A stretch of DNA of 64,000 bases from Amoebophrya sp. A120 (GCA_905178155.1 CAJINV010000004.1:1364881-1428880), one strand, 5' to 3'; positions 11,271 through 23,605 are shown, numbered from the stretch's first letter. Notes: a model not told the origin generated them from the letters alone. Numbers and translations: made by a program.

Positions 11271-14200
11271 TCAAGCAGTGCTAGGCGTTGCCATTGCTTT
11301 TCCCCGCTGCTGACAAGAATAGCAAGTCACCCTTTCCACGTAGCGATTAAAATGGAAGGGATCGCCATCCTGTTCTTGATGCGGACGAGTATACAGTTTT
11401 TTTGTTGGCGAAGTGAATGCCACGTGCTTCGCGTGCTCTGTTGCGCTTTTCATGGTTCTATCATCTTAGTCTTTCATGAGCATATCTATCGCGGAGCCTT
11501 GTATCATGGACACGCACACTCCCTGCGGTCCCATCCCGTGCACGAAGGCCTCCAGTTCTTCTTTCTGTTCTTTTTTCTCGCGCCGGAACCGCTGCGTGAC
11601 GCCGTACATGCATATGCCCTGGGCAGCTAGAACAATCTCAACTGGAACAATGTAGACACAAGAACAGCGGAGTTACTTTACTTGCCCCAGCTTCGCATCA
11701 CAAATTTCGTGCGAATGTTAATTGCATGTACAAATTTCGTGATTCATGCTACTTAGCGAAATTAATTGTTCATGTCAGACCCCATAACAGCTCGACAGAT
11801 AATGATTCACATTTTGCATCACAAATCATTCCAGTTGAGAGTGTTCCAAATAAGCAGGCCATAATGTGCCCGATGTAGTTTTGGAAGTCGCTGAGTTCCA
11901 CTCCGTACTGCAACCGTTTTTCCCGGTATCAAACAAAAAAGCCTTGCACGACCACTCCTCTTGCAATGCAAAACACGCCTTTCGAGTGTCAACTACACGC
12001 ACCACAGCCAAACTTCTTCACACGTGATTTTTTCCTTTATGTTTCTTGCGCAGTACAAACCAAAGCCGTAATTATGCCAGAAAGATTTCTCATGCAAAAC
12101 GTGCTGTAGAGAGAATACTAGTGACTGTAATGATCGGCAGTTTTTTCCTTCCATACCGGGCTGCTCTTGTAGGTGGTCAGGATGTCGGCATCCGTCTGGT
12201 AGAGGTCGTAGCGCAAATCCGTTCCTATCATTCGCCGGTACTGCTGGGAAGCGAGGAGAAAATCCGCCGTGGTGGGCGTGAAGGGACTCTTCCACCACGA
12301 CGACCCTTCCCGATTTTTTGCGGCTGCGCTATCATCTGCCAGAAGCGCCGCATGCTTCTTCTCGTCTTGCGCCCGCTGCAACTTGCTCAAGGGCCAGTAG
12401 CGAAACTTCTTTTCATCTGCATTTTTGTTTGCAGTTTCATGCTCAGACGAGTTTTTCTGCGCCGACTTGCTGGATTTCTTTCGTCTAGGTTTCGACGTGT
12501 CAGGTTCCTCGTCGTCGTCTTTTTTCCCGAACTTCTGCTTCATCACGTCACAAAGAGCGTAGGCGCCCTCCATGCCGTCCGGCATGCTGTTTTTGATACC
12601 CAAAGCGTCGTAGATGGAGACAGTATGAAACATTTCTCAAACAGTTGTGAGTTCCACAGGCTTTTTATTTGGGCTGTGGTTGCAGATGCGAGTAAGTGAG
12701 GAAAAAGATGAGCGAACAACTTCTGATCGATTGCGCGTACTTTTCAGAATCTTTATTGCCGAAGATTCGTGTCGGGAAAATGTAAATGAAGCGATGCAAA
12801 CCTCGGTTCGTTTTGCCGACTACTTAAGTGCCACAGCAGCTGCAAAAATGCCACCCAAAGGCCTGGACCCTGCAGGAGCCGCACCCCTGTCTTCTTTCAT
12901 ACACTATCAAATGTAAAAGTGTCTGGGTTTGGAAGATTAGAACTTGTCATGCTAAATCCGAATGATGCAAAAATCTGTGTTGCGTGAGTGCCAAAAGCTG
13001 TCCGCTTTTGAACAAGTTGAGAGGGAATCTCTCATGCGGCAAAGGCATGATAGACACCTCAAAGAATCTGTCACGCTGGGTCTCGCATTCCAGACCTCAT
13101 GGGTCGTGGAAAACCTGCATCACAAATCTTGCATTCTTCCAGACCCAGACATTTTTACAATCCATATACACGTGGACAAAGCAGTTGTCGCGGCGCACGG
13201 GGTAGAACGCCTTGGTTATAACCCGCTCAGGTGTTACAATCTCAAACGTTACAATAGAATTTGGAATTTGTGTTGCAAAATCCGCAACATCTGGCCTACT
13301 CCCAAAGGAGCGCGCATGACAAGTTTCGGAGCCCCAGACCCCATGAGATTCTGATTCTGACGAAATTTGTATTGCGAAAAGCCCAAGTCTCTGTATGGTA
13401 CTCATGCTGTTCATGCAAGACAAATTCCAGATTCTATTGTAACGTTTGAGATTGTAACATCTGAGCAAGCCATATTGGTGCGCTGCAGCTTCTTGCGAAA
13501 GTGGGCCATCATCTTCAGCTCTTCTTTCTCCAGCGACTCCTCGTTGAGCGCGTCGTGGATCCGGGCCCCGTCCACCTTGTTTTAATATTTGGATCCAAAA
13601 AGTAGATTAGTGAAACCACATAAATTCTTCACTTCGTTTGAAGCAGCGAGAAGAACTAGTTACTGCTCTAAAAATCTTTGCAAAGGTACCTTTGACTTCG
13701 GTCCGCCCCTTTCTCGCCGCAGCACTGCGTCCGCCCAGATTTCCAGTCGCATGCCGGCCGCGTAGTTCCGGTCCGTTTTGCAACTTGAGAAAATTTTCCA
13801 GCTTTGCAGCGCGTGCCCGCACGCGGCAGCGTCGTTGAGCCCAAACTCGGCGAGGGCGAGGAGGTACAGCAGCTCCGATAGAAAGTAGCGCGGCCAGGGG
13901 CACGCAGGCTTCGCGTCCGGCGGCGCCGTGGTTTCGTAAATGAGCTTCTGTACGGCGGTATGCATTGCAAATAAGTATGTCTAGGTTTAGAACTCAGTCT
14001 ACGACTGAGTCGCACAGAAATAAAATTGTGTTGCATGCACGCCAAAAATTACCAAATTCTCTGCACAGAATGGGCGAAATCTTCATGCGGAATAGGTATC
14101 AGGAAGCTCTTGTGGAACATTCTGTGATCATCCGTCTATGTCTATTGATTCTGACCAAACGCAACCGTGTGGACCACGAGATGCATCATGACAAAACCGC

Positions 14201-16670
14201 GCATGATCCGTCCACCTATGTGCATCTGATACGTAGTCTGCGCGTTCGCGAATTCCCGCGCGTCAAGTTCCATGTACAGGAGGCCCCACGTCAGCAGTAA
14301 GCGCTCAACCCGCCCCTGCTGCTGGTCATTCCAGTCTCGGACGATGGCCCGGAGCTCCCCGGCGATCATGGAGGAGATGTTGTACACGCTGACGGGAATG
14401 ATGACGTCCGGGATCCGCCGCAGGTTCCAGAGACACGGGGACTGGCAGCTCCGCAACTCCTTGCGCAGCCGCGGCGCGTCGGCGATGAGCAGTAATGGGC
14501 ACTTTGCGAGCGCGTGGACGATGGCTTTCTCCGTCACGGGCTGGCTATTTTTGTTCCCGGCGGATGTGGAGAAGAGCTCCTGCAGCACCGCGTCCGCGTA
14601 GGCGTGGAGGGACTTTGGCTTTTCGTTCGCCCTCCCATCCGCGCCGGGCAACTTCGGCCCCCCGAGCAGTTGCATCATGAGGTCGGCCTCCTCGTGACTC
14701 GAATACAGACTCCACGACCGGAATCCGGTGCTCACCCAGCTCTCGAGGTTGTCGAAGTCCTTTGCGCAGCAGGCGATGCCCTGCCTCTGCTCCACGTCGT
14801 TGATGTGCGTCTCCGTGCCGTCCGGCATCATCGTGGCGCCGAGCACCTCGTACATGGCTCGCGGGTTGCCCAACCGCAGTATCAAAGTGAAAAAAGCCCC
14901 CACCCCAACATATTGAAAAGGAAATTTCTGTTGCTGGATTTGTGTACACAAATCAGCTCTGTCTTGCAGTGAGGTACTGCAGGCAAAGCCTCAGCCTGCG
15001 TGCGGGTGTTTTGGTGTAGGTGCTTAGCATAGCAGAGGTCTGCCGTGTAGGCGCAGCAGCATTACAAACCGCCTCTACAAAGCGGCGCACTCTTTGGATT
15101 TGCCCTCTTGCACGAGCATTTGTGGTCACAAATCAGCATCACAAATTTCTAGAAGCGTGCCCGTTCAGCATGAGGAGGGGGGATTTTTCCTCGCAATACG
15201 CAGCCACGCCTCCCCCAGCCGGTGCCGGCACTTGAACCACCAGGCGCGTACGAAATGCAAATATGTCTAGGTTTGAGAGATTGCGAGATTTGTCATGCTA
15301 GTTCGGCATGACTCTGAACTCTATATTGCGTGGCCGCGAAGAGCTCCTCTTGTCTGTCATGCAAAAACGCAGTTTCTCATGCGGAGTACGCAACTACAGA
15401 CGGGAAAACTTGTCATGCCGGGCAGCGCATTGTGCGCTCACTCTTCCTCTTCTTGCATCAAAAGTTTCCAGACCCAGACACATTTGCAAAGCATAGCGCG
15501 CATGCTTTCCCGAAACTCGGCGCGGCCGGGGCTCGCTTGCTCGACGGCCAGCAGTTCGCGCAGCGCGAACTCGGCGAACTGCACCGCGTACCCGGCCTCC
15601 GCCACCGCGTACAGGGGCAGCGCGCTCCGCAACGCCGCGAGCGAGCGGTTGCTGTGCAGCAGCACGCGCAGGTCCAGGCACAGTAACTTCGCGGGCTCCG
15701 CGGAGGAGAAAACTTCCGCGGAGGCAGGTGTTCCGGCCCCCCGCGCGGCCGCGGCAAAGAGGTATTTCAAAACCGTTTGCTTGTAGAAGCACAGGTTGCG
15801 CGTCAGGCGGTAGAAGGCAGACTCGGGCCCGTTCAGCACGCTGTGCTGCCGGTCTTCGGGGCGGTGTTCGTCATCGCGTTTTTCCGCGTCGATACCGCAC
15901 AAGTAGGGCCCCTGCTCCCTCTGCACCTTTGGGAGGTCCCGCCAGTCGACGGCCAATTTTTCCGTCTCGCGCCGAACCTCCGCGTCGCCGGGGGGTGGCT
16001 TGGGCAGGACGCGGAGTGCGTCGCCGAAGCGCGAAAATGCGGTGACGTAGTTGCCGCGCAGAAAATCCCTCTTCCCAATCGCTTTGCGCTTGCGCGCCAC
16101 GAGGTAGAACAACCAGCCGCGGTCCCAGTGGACGAGGTCCGCAGCGGGACGGAACCGCAAAAAGAGCTCGACGTCTTTCTCCGAAAGCGGCTGGTGGTAA
16201 CCGTCGAATTCAAGGGCCTTGCCGCGGTCCGCCGCATCGCGGCTTTGGCCGGTCTTCGCACATCGCGTATCCGGTGCTTGTTCCGGAAGATCTACTGCGG
16301 TTTTCTTGTAGCCGTAGCGACGGAGCAAAACGGTGTCCGCGCAACGAAAACAGGTCAGAGAAAAGACATCCTGTTCGCTCTTCGGTAGGTAGTCGCACAC
16401 CTTGAGCACGAGGTCCTCGCAGTCCAAGAAGCGCGCCGCTGGTATCGACGAGCCGGTGGCGTCTAGTCCACGCAAGGCGTGCTTCGGGTCGTCGTCCGCT
16501 CTTGTTGTCTCCCGCCCCGGCGGGCCTACTCCGTCGGAGCTGCTCGCGACCTCGGAGGGGGTGGCACGCACGAGACGGCTGGCCAGCCTTTGAAACATAT
16601 TTCGCAAGGTGGCGACTAGAAAGCCTGCGAAAGTGATCAGCGGCTGCAGTAGCGCGCTCGAGAAAGACAT
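11271..16670 (-). CDS. Large hypothetical protein with F-box-like and TPR-like motifs, multi-exon; 3' end uncertain
   Basis: 410-codon first ORF with DLVLKVCDYLPKSEQDVFSLTCFR (F-box-like) and KRKAIGKRDFLRGNYVTAFSRFGDALRVLP (TPR-like); frame continues across introners (SMRA|WWFKC...AWLR|LGNP). Confidence 0.6.
12905..13166. mobile_element. TIR introner (family B)
   Basis: Family B TIRs, TSD TACAC. Confidence 0.92.
13217..13474. mobile_element. TIR introner (family D)
   Basis: TIR core GTTACAATCTCAAACGTTACAATAGAAT, TSD TTGGT; removal gives QRT|KAFY. Confidence 0.92.
13959..14231. mobile_element. Degenerate introner (B-like)
   Basis: TATGCATTGCAAA...TGCATCTGATA ends, B-type interior (TCATGCGGAATAGG), TSD not preserved. 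Confidence 0.55.
14880..15198. mobile_element. TIR introner (family C)
   Basis: Family C TIRs, TSD CGCAG; frame restored. Confidence 0.92.
15249..15495. mobile_element. TIR introner (family B variant)
   Basis: TACGAAATGCAAATATGTCT...AGACACATTTGCAAAGCATA, TSD GCGCG; frame restored. Confidence 0.88.
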
Positions 16671-17556
16671 AAGGGCCCGCCCTGCTTGCTACGTGGTTAG
16701 CACCAGCGGTGGATGACCACTGTGCCTGGAGCCGAGCGGCCTGATCTGCGCAGGTGAGTCGCCTTCTTCTCTCCTTCACAGATGGGCCCGCACGAAGAAG
16801 AACAGGATACCAAATCGTCGCCGCATCCTGCCCCGAACCAGGAACGCCGCGGGCTCCGCAGGTCGCGGCCCTAGACAGTAAAGGCTTCGCGGGTCGTGAT
16901 TCTGGGCCTTACGCACTTTGCTGCGCCGGACCTCAACCACCGCACTGGCTGCCCGCTACAGGCTTGGGCGGGCCGGCCGGCACGGACGGTGATCAGGCAC
17001 CTTGTGGCCTTCGCGGATCGCAATCCGGAGCCCCATGCAGGGCCTATAGTGCCGACCTGTTTTCACTGGTGGCGATTATGGTAAATTGTGCACAGTGTGC
17101 GCCTTCCTTAGGGTCTGGAATCCGCGTCCCATGAGATGCATCCCAACAAGGCCAGGATAGTAGTTTCCTGACATGTGTCGAAAAAAGTCAAAAAATTGCT
17201 GACCTATAAAAATGGCCAATAAATCAACAAATTCAGTAGGGGCGGAGGCTTGTGATGGTATTTCACTTGTTTTACGTCATCAATTGCACTGATATAATTC
17301 GTTTTTCAAGTGTCTACAGACTATGCGAAAAATTTAATTTTTTTCCAAAGTTGTAAAGTGGACAAATTAGCTGCAATATATTGCACATAGGATGCCAGTT
17401 CCACTGTCACTACTGTCGCTGGATGTAAACTGTCCGAATTTTGCAAGATTAAGTGCACTGAATTGGATTTTTTCCAGTTTGCAACCCTTTGAAAATCCAA
17501 AAAATGAGACCGGGCGTTTTTTTTCTTGCTGATTATACCTACAAAGTCTGACGCTA

Positions 17557-17931
17557 TCCAAAACCCACGAACAGGTGGGCAGAAAGAACACCGAAGCCCG
17601 AAGGTCGCGATCGAGTCGCGACCGCGTTGTCGCGTTTCTTCATCTTTTTCCTTTTCTCATTTCCAAAGTTCTAAACAGGTTCATTGAAGTTCCGCATCGA
17701 TTTCCGCAGGAGAAATCCTCACTAGCAGATGGCAAGCAGCCATCTCCGTGAAGGCAAACAGCCATCACATCTCCCAGAGTAGCTCAAAAGCACTCTCAAA
17801 CTCGCAAAAACCTCAGCAAACACCAGCAAACTCCACCACTCTCTTCCAAACCCTCAACAGCTTCAGTACCGTGACCAAACGACCGCAGCGAAGGATTGAA
17901 CAAATGGCACGAATACACCACAGCCTCCGGA
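17557..17931 (-). repeat. 3' LTR
   Basis: Direct repeat of 21058-21432; termini TCC...GGA. Confidence 0.9.
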
Positions 17932-17940
17932 CTCCCCCTC
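17932..17940 (-). other. Polypurine tract GAGGGGGAG
   Basis: Immediately upstream of the 3' LTR on the minus strand; typical copia PPT sequence. Confidence 0.8.
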
Positions 17941-18606
17941 GAATTTCCGGAAAGCGAGGTCTTCCGGAATTCGACGCGTGTAGCTGTTGCTGAAGAGTAG
18001 AGAAATGGCGCCCGCTTGTAAATTTCCGCTTGTAGCACCCACCGCGAAGCTGTATCGCAAACACCGCTCCCGAGCGCACTTTCGGGGGTGGCCGTTTCCC
18101 GATAAGTACTGCTGCTGAAAGCACTATTTTTCCCCGTCGCCGAAACCGTTCTGCAGAACACCGTAGCGCCAGTCGCTCCGTACACCGCAGTCGTGAACTG
18201 CCACGTCGAAAAACCAAAAACCGTTTTACTCCCGCATGTCACCGCGGCCTTGGGCCGCAATCTCCCCTCACCGCAGTCTTGAACCGCAAATCCCTTCTCC
18301 AAAAGTGTAGGTATGTACTGCTGTGCAGATGGTACTGAAACCCGGCAAACGCCGCGAGCACGAAATAGTTGTAAAAATCGAAACAGGCAGTACAGAAAGT
18401 TGTAACAGCTTCAACTTGGATTTGTAGTCACCACGAACGCCAAATACCGATAGAAATCACAGGAGAAAGTAGAGAAAGTTCTGGTAGACCCGAAAACGCA
18501 AGTAGTGACGATTTTGCAACGCGAGTTGGTATCTTCCGCCGCTGGAAGATGAAGGTTGCTGCACTTGTAAAATATAGTCGATGTGTTCTGTTCTCCCCAT
18601 CTGCAC

Positions 18607-21144
18607 CTAGAAGGAATCCAGTGCATCCTCGAAGAACCCGAGCCCGCCGGAACCGCAGGAAGAGTCACTCCGTGCCCCGAAACTTCCACCGAAGGATCTC
18701 GCTGGGCTAGAGGAAGAGGAAGCAGACCCGGAAAGCACTGCATTGTAGCCAGTGCAAAAACTACTCTTCGCCGCCTGCTGGTCCAGCATCGCATTGAGGA
18801 GTCTTGCCTCCCCCGCATCCTGGATCACCTTCCCGCCACAGTAGATCGGTCCCGCGCTGTTGTTTCCGGACCGATAAACCGCCGGCCCGATGTAGTGGAA
18901 TCCCGGCTGCTGGTTCTGCATAGTCGGTCGCACAGTTTGCATGGAAGGGTGGATGAGACTGTTGGTGGGGGGCATCACCGGTTGCTGCTGCGCAACTTGT
19001 CGCGCCAGCGACGGAGGGACACTCGGCCCCGCAGCCTGCATCATCCCGCCCGTGGCGAGACTATTGTAGCCCGGCATCGCAGTGTTGCCACGCGGGCCAA
19101 TCGCAGCCGGCACGACGCCGCCAAACTGCGAGTTTCCCTGCAAGTTCGTCTGCCCCGTCGGCATCTGCAACTGCGCGTAGCCCGCCAGCTGCATTGGAAA
19201 TCCGTGCTGCTGGTTCCCGAAAGCCGTGTCGCCGCACTGTGGCATCACCTGCTGCTGCAGCTGCAGCTGCGCTCCCCCGGTAGGGACGCCGGAATGGGTG
19301 GGGTCGGCCTGGTTCGCGTTTCCGGAAGGAATTGCTGGCCCCGAAAGGTTGTAGCCCGTCTTGCCAGCTCCCTTCCCGCCTCCGCCCGTTGCCCGGCCTG
19401 CCTTCTGCTCGCACCGCAGGCAGGACTTGCGCGACTTGAAGTTGACGAGCCCGCACACAGAGCAATCCCAGTCGCCCGGCTTGCGGCCGAACTTCCCGAC
19501 CGTGGAATTACTGCCCGCGCCTGCCGCTGAGACCTCCAGCATCTTCTTGCGCAAAAATGCCTTGTCCTGCACGATGGACATCTTCCGCTCCGTGATGGCC
19601 TTCTGTGCCTCCGCAGAGGTCCCGAACTCGTAAGCCGGGCCGAAGGAGCACTTCTCCGGGTTGGAGTGCTCCTTCCCGCACCACCCGCACAGCGGGATCA
19701 TCGCGTTGGGGTCCCGGTTCACGCTGGTGTTGCGCGAATCGTCGCCCGCGCCCGTGCCTGTGAAAGCGTACACAGCGTCCCTGTTGCTCTCCCCCGAAGC
19801 CAGGAATCGCGTGAACTTGTCCGCGGCGTCGTCCTGCTCACCGACCGTCTTCGGTTCCTCCAACCGTTTCCGCGCGTAGTCGTCCAGCGCGTCGAGGTAG
19901 TCGCCGAAGGTCGTAGTGTCGCTGGTGTGGTGGCTAAGCCAGTCGCAAGCCTTCTGCCCCGACCAAGTTGCCATCATCCTGAAAAAACGATGGGTCTCCC
20001 CGGCACTGTTCTTGCTGTCCTGCAGCGACCAGTGGATGGTCTTCCGCTTGCTGGCGCTGTTCACCAGGTTCCGGATCCGCTCCGTGACGTAGTACACCGC
20101 CGCATGGTTCTCGACCCAGCGACCGCCAACCCGCTCCAGCAAGCTAGCGCAAAGGTAGTCAAGGTCCTGCGCCCCGCGTGCCAGGTTGATGTTAAACTTT
20201 TTGTTGATGCGCTGCAGCAAGAGGTCGACGCAGGCCTGGGCCTCCACGCCCGTTGTCGCGGCGTGGTCCTCGTCGATCCCGCTCCACATCTCCAACCCGA
20301 GCCCGCAAAGCAGCCCGGAAAGTGCTTGCCAGAAGGTCCGCCGGCTAGTCACCCCGGCGCGGTTCGTGATCCACTCAATGCTGCGCCACTCCGTGGCCAC
20401 CGTGCTGCGCTTGCTCAGGCTGAACTGAACGCCCTTGCCGATGTCCTGGTGGATCTTCTCCCGCAGAGGCGACGAAGGTGCCGCCCCAGCCGCAAGTCTT
20501 GACCCTCCCACCGCAGGCTGCTGCTGCGGAGACGCAACGGACTGGAAGCTGTGCCCGCCCGCAGAAGTAACTTCCGCACCCGCAGCGACCATCTGCGTAT
20601 CGGCGGCTGTCCCGTTGGTGTCCATCCCGGTGTAGGCAAAACTCGGCCCCGGCGCCGATGCTGTCCCCGCGACCGTAGGCCCCGCAAAGGCTGTCCCGCC
20701 GGCCAGAAGTCGCTCCAGCTCCGCATTGCGCGCCGCCAGGTTTAAGTTAGTCTGCTCCATCGCCAACAGGCGCTGCTCCAGGTTGGTCACCGCGCCCTCG
20801 GTGATGTTCTGCGTGCGCGCGACCTCACCCGCAACGGCCCGAAACCCCATGCCGGTGGCCTGCATGACACCGGTCGCTAAGTTCAGGCCCTCGCTCCGCA
20901 GCAGATGCTCCCCCGCGGCCCGGTCCGCATTGGAAGTTCTGCGCGGTGAGTAGCTGCGCGTCCGTAGGTGGTCCGGCGAGTCCAGCAACTCGTCGGGATA
21001 GGAGGAGTAGGACATCCTCCCCCGGTCGGTGTAGTAGTGGTGCGCTGGGCTCATAACTCCAAAACCCACGAACAGGTGGGCAGAAAGAACACCGAAGCCC
21101 GAAGGTCGCGATCCAGTCGCGACCGCGTTGTCGCGTTTCTTCAT
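18607..21144 (-). CDS. Gag-like protein (845 aa) with coiled coil, Cx2Cx3Hx5C knuckle and RanBP2-type zinc finger
   Basis: Intronless ORF spanning the LTR interior; CGWCGKEHSNPEKC; GDWDCSVCGLVNFKSRKSCLRC; Q/G-rich tail. Confidence 0.75.
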   Translation of the reverse strand: MKKRDNAVATGSRPSGFGVLSAHLFVGFGVMSPAHHYYTDRGRMSYSSYPDELLDSPDHLRTRSYSPRRTSNADRAAGEHLLRSEGLNLATGVMQATGMGFRAVAGEVARTQNITEGAVTNLEQRLLAMEQTNLNLAARNAELERLLAGGTAFAGPTVAGTASAPGPSFAYTGMDTNGTAADTQMVAAGAEVTSAGGHSFQSVASPQQQPAVGGSRLAAGAAPSSPLREKIHQDIGKGVQFSLSKRSTVATEWRSIEWITNRAGVTSRRTFWQALSGLLCGLGLEMWSGIDEDHAATTGVEAQACVDLLLQRINKKFNINLARGAQDLDYLCASLLERVGGRWVENHAAVYYVTERIRNLVNSASKRKTIHWSLQDSKNSAGETHRFFRMMATWSGQKACDWLSHHTSDTTTFGDYLDALDDYARKRLEEPKTVGEQDDAADKFTRFLASGESNRDAVYAFTGTGAGDDSRNTSVNRDPNAMIPLCGWCGKEHSNPEKCSFGPAYEFGTSAEAQKAITERKMSIVQDKAFLRKKMLEVSAAGAGSNSTVGKFGRKPGDWDCSVCGLVNFKSRKSCLRCEQKAGRATGGGGKGAGKTGYNLSGPAIPSGNANQADPTHSGVPTGGAQLQLQQQVMPQCGDTAFGNQQHGFPMQLAGYAQLQMPTGQTNLQGNSQFGGVVPAAIGPRGNTAMPGYNSLATGGMMQAAGPSVPPSLARQVAQQQPVMPPTNSLIHPSMQTVRPTMQNQQPGFHYIGPAVYRSGNNSAGPIYCGGKVIQDAGEARLLNAMLDQQAAKSSFCTGYNAVLSGSASSSSSPARSFGGSFGARSDSSCGSGGLGFFEDALDSF
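21042..21057 (-). other. Primer-binding site complementary to the initiator tRNA-Met anticodon arm
   Basis: GTTATGAGCCCAGCGC directly after the 5' LTR; plus strand reads GCGCTGGGCTCATAAC, matching the tRNAiMet anticodon stem-loop used by copia/Ty5. Confidence 0.82.
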
Positions 21145-21432
21145 CTTTTTCCTTTTCTCATTTCCAAAGTTCTAAACAGGTTCATTGAAGTTCCGCATCG
21201 ATTTCCGCAGGAGAAATCCTCACTAGCAGATGGCAAGCAGCCATCTCCGTGACGGCAAACAGCCATCACATCTCCCAGAGTAGCTCAAACGCACTCCCAA
21301 ACTCGCAAAAACCTCAGCAAACACCAGCAAACTCCACAACTCTCTTCCAAACCCTCAACAGCTTCAGCACCGTGACCAAACGACCGCAGCGAAGGATTGA
21401 ACAAATGGCAGGAATACGCCACAGCCTCCGGA
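21058..21432 (-). repeat. 5' LTR
   Basis: Direct repeat of 17557-17931. Confidence 0.9.
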
Positions 21433-22145
21433 CGTTAAGTGCTATTGCATGATTTTTTTTTATTTTTTGACCTGTATGCACTTAATTACTTTGCAACTCC
21501 CAACCTCTGGGCAGGCCCGAAAATTTCGAAAAAATCAAAAAAATCAGAATTATGCTTATGCACTTGCAAAGACAAGCTATATCGTCAAATCTGTGGAGTG
21601 TGAGTATTTTTTTTTGTCTATATGCACTAAAGCAGAGAGCTTCTGTAGTTTTTTTTTTCGTTCTGGGGTGAGTAAAACTCTACGAGGTACTCGGAAACCA
21701 ATAGGCCGAGAGCGACGATTTTCGACGCGCGTGCAACTCTGACAAAGGAAAATGCAAGTAGCGCCGACGGACTTTAAGGCGGCAAAAGCACCGGCGCCCG
21801 CCGCGGGTTTTGTTTCTAGTTTTACACGGGGTGGCTGGAGCCTACAGAAAACTTTGGGAGCAAAAACCCCCACCTGCCCAAAGCGCCACCAGTTTGCTTT
21901 TTGCATCCCAGGGGGGAGATAGGTCCGAAAGAACATGCTTTCAAGCCTTTTTCTTTCTGTGAGAGCCAATGGCTCCTTTGGGGAAACAATACCTGGCTCT
22001 TTTAGGCCGCGGGCTCGCGCCAAAACCAGGAAAATTTTCGTGGAATTCTTGCGCGCGCGGCGCAGAATTCCACGAGATTTTTTGTGGCGAGACTCTGACG
22101 CCGCCACCACTTTTGGCGCCACATGTGACATGTGGCAAAAATGTG

Positions 22146-22460
22146 TGAAAATGCGCCATGGAGCAAAAGCGACGGTATGGTCCAAAATGCGCCATGCACC
22201 CAAAATTTGTGACATTTCGCTAACCACCACGGCATGGTCCAAAATGTGACGCCAAAGCTGCTTTTTATAAAAAAGAAGAAGTAAGAATATCTCTTCTCTT
22301 CTTTTTTATGAAAAACAGCTTTGGCGTCACATTTTGGACCATACCGTGGTGGTTAGCGAAATGTCACACTTTTTGGGCAGATGGCACATTTTGGACCATA
22401 CCGTCGTGGTAAGAATGTGACGTGGGTACACGTCACATTTTTGCTCCATGGCACATTTTC
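22146..22460. repeat. Long imperfect palindrome (foldback)
   Basis: Arms ...GGTCCAAAATGTGACGCCAAAGCTG / CAGCTTTGGCGTCACATTTTGGACC... around an AT-rich centre near 22289. Confidence 0.9.
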
Positions 22461-22819
22461 AACCGCAGGCGGCAGTGGGTGTCGTGCGCCGTGCCTTTCC
22501 GCGGCCAGAACAGCGCCGTCATTCGGGGCGAAGTCTCGACGCTATTGGTGGAGCGCAATCGCATAGCAATGCGACTTTTTGGCTTTTTTCTGCGTAGAGA
22601 GCCAGGGCCGGGCGTGGGCTTCGGGGCCGAGCTGCCTCGGCGGCTTTGGGGGCCCGCTTCCCCGGGTGCCGCCGCGCTGCCCCGGCGCCGACCGGAGGCC
22701 CGCCGCCCGAATTCCCCGGCGCCTCTTGGCCCCTGCTTCTCGGGCTCTTCCGGGGCTTTCGCGGCCCGGTTGCCCGCCCGCAAAGCTCTTGGAGGGCGCA
22801 AAAACTGTCTTTCGTTCTC

Positions 22820-23605
22820 CCCCGAGCGGGACCTGGAACTTTCGCAGCTTCAAGGCTGCGAAGGTTCCAGTTCCCGCTCGACAAAACTGGGGCAGGATTT
22901 GAAAAGGTGTGGCCTTCTCGCACCTCTTCACTCACAAGTTGGCGACCACGCCAACAAAGACAGCGCGTCCAGTTTTGCCGAGCGGGAGCTGGAACCTTCG
23001 CAGCTTCGGGGCGGCGAAAGTTCCAGCCCCCGGTCGTTAGAGAACGCAGGGGCTGTGTTTCGTTCTCCCCCGGGCGGGGGCTGGAACCTTCGCAGCCTCA
23101 AGGCTGCGAAGGTTCCAGTTCCCGCTCGACAAAACTGGGAAAGTGCTGCACTTTTTCGAGTTTTGTCGAGCGGGAACTGGAACTTTCGCAGCTCCTCAAG
23201 GCTGCGAAGGTTCCAGTTCCCGCTCGACAAAACTGGGAAAGTGCTGCACTTTTTCGAGTTTTGTCGAGCGGGAGCTGGCACTTTCGCAGCTCGAAGGCTG
23301 CGAAAGTTCCAGTTCCCGCTCGACAAAACTGGAAAAAGATTGCCGGGCGCCGCAGTGGTTCCAGTTTTACCGGGCGGGGGCTGGCGCTTTCGCCGCTGGA
23401 AGGTTGCGAAAGTTCCAGTTCCCGCTCGACAAAACTGGAAAAAGATAGATTGGAACGCAGCTGGAAGGGTGCGAAAGTTCCAGGCCCCGCGCGACAAAAC
23501 TAGGAAAAGACTGGGAGTGCTGCAGTGGGTCCAGTTTTGTCGAGCGGGAGCTGGAGCGCTCGCAGCTTCAAGGCTGCGGAAGCTCCCGCCCCCGTTCGAT
23601 AAAAC
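22820..23605. repeat. Alternating-orientation minisatellite
   Basis: Multiple copies of GCTGCGAAGGTTCCAGTTCCCGCTCGACAAAACT and its reverse complement. Confidence 0.9.

Larger units (their letters stand above)
17557..21432 (-). mobile_element. Non-autonomous, gag-only Ty1/copia-like LTR retrotransposon
   Basis: Two 375-bp direct repeats (8 substitutions counted), PBS, polypurine tract, 5-bp flanks CGCTA/CGTTA, one long ORF, no pol motifs. Confidence 0.88.

Noticed and set aside
21042-21057. tRNA-Met gene
   Set aside because: Only the anticodon arm is present, and its position marks it as a retroelement primer-binding site
17557-21432. Penelope-like pseudo-LTR or hammerhead ribozyme
   Set aside because: No CTGANGA core seen in the repeat; PBS, PPT and TSD fit an LTR element
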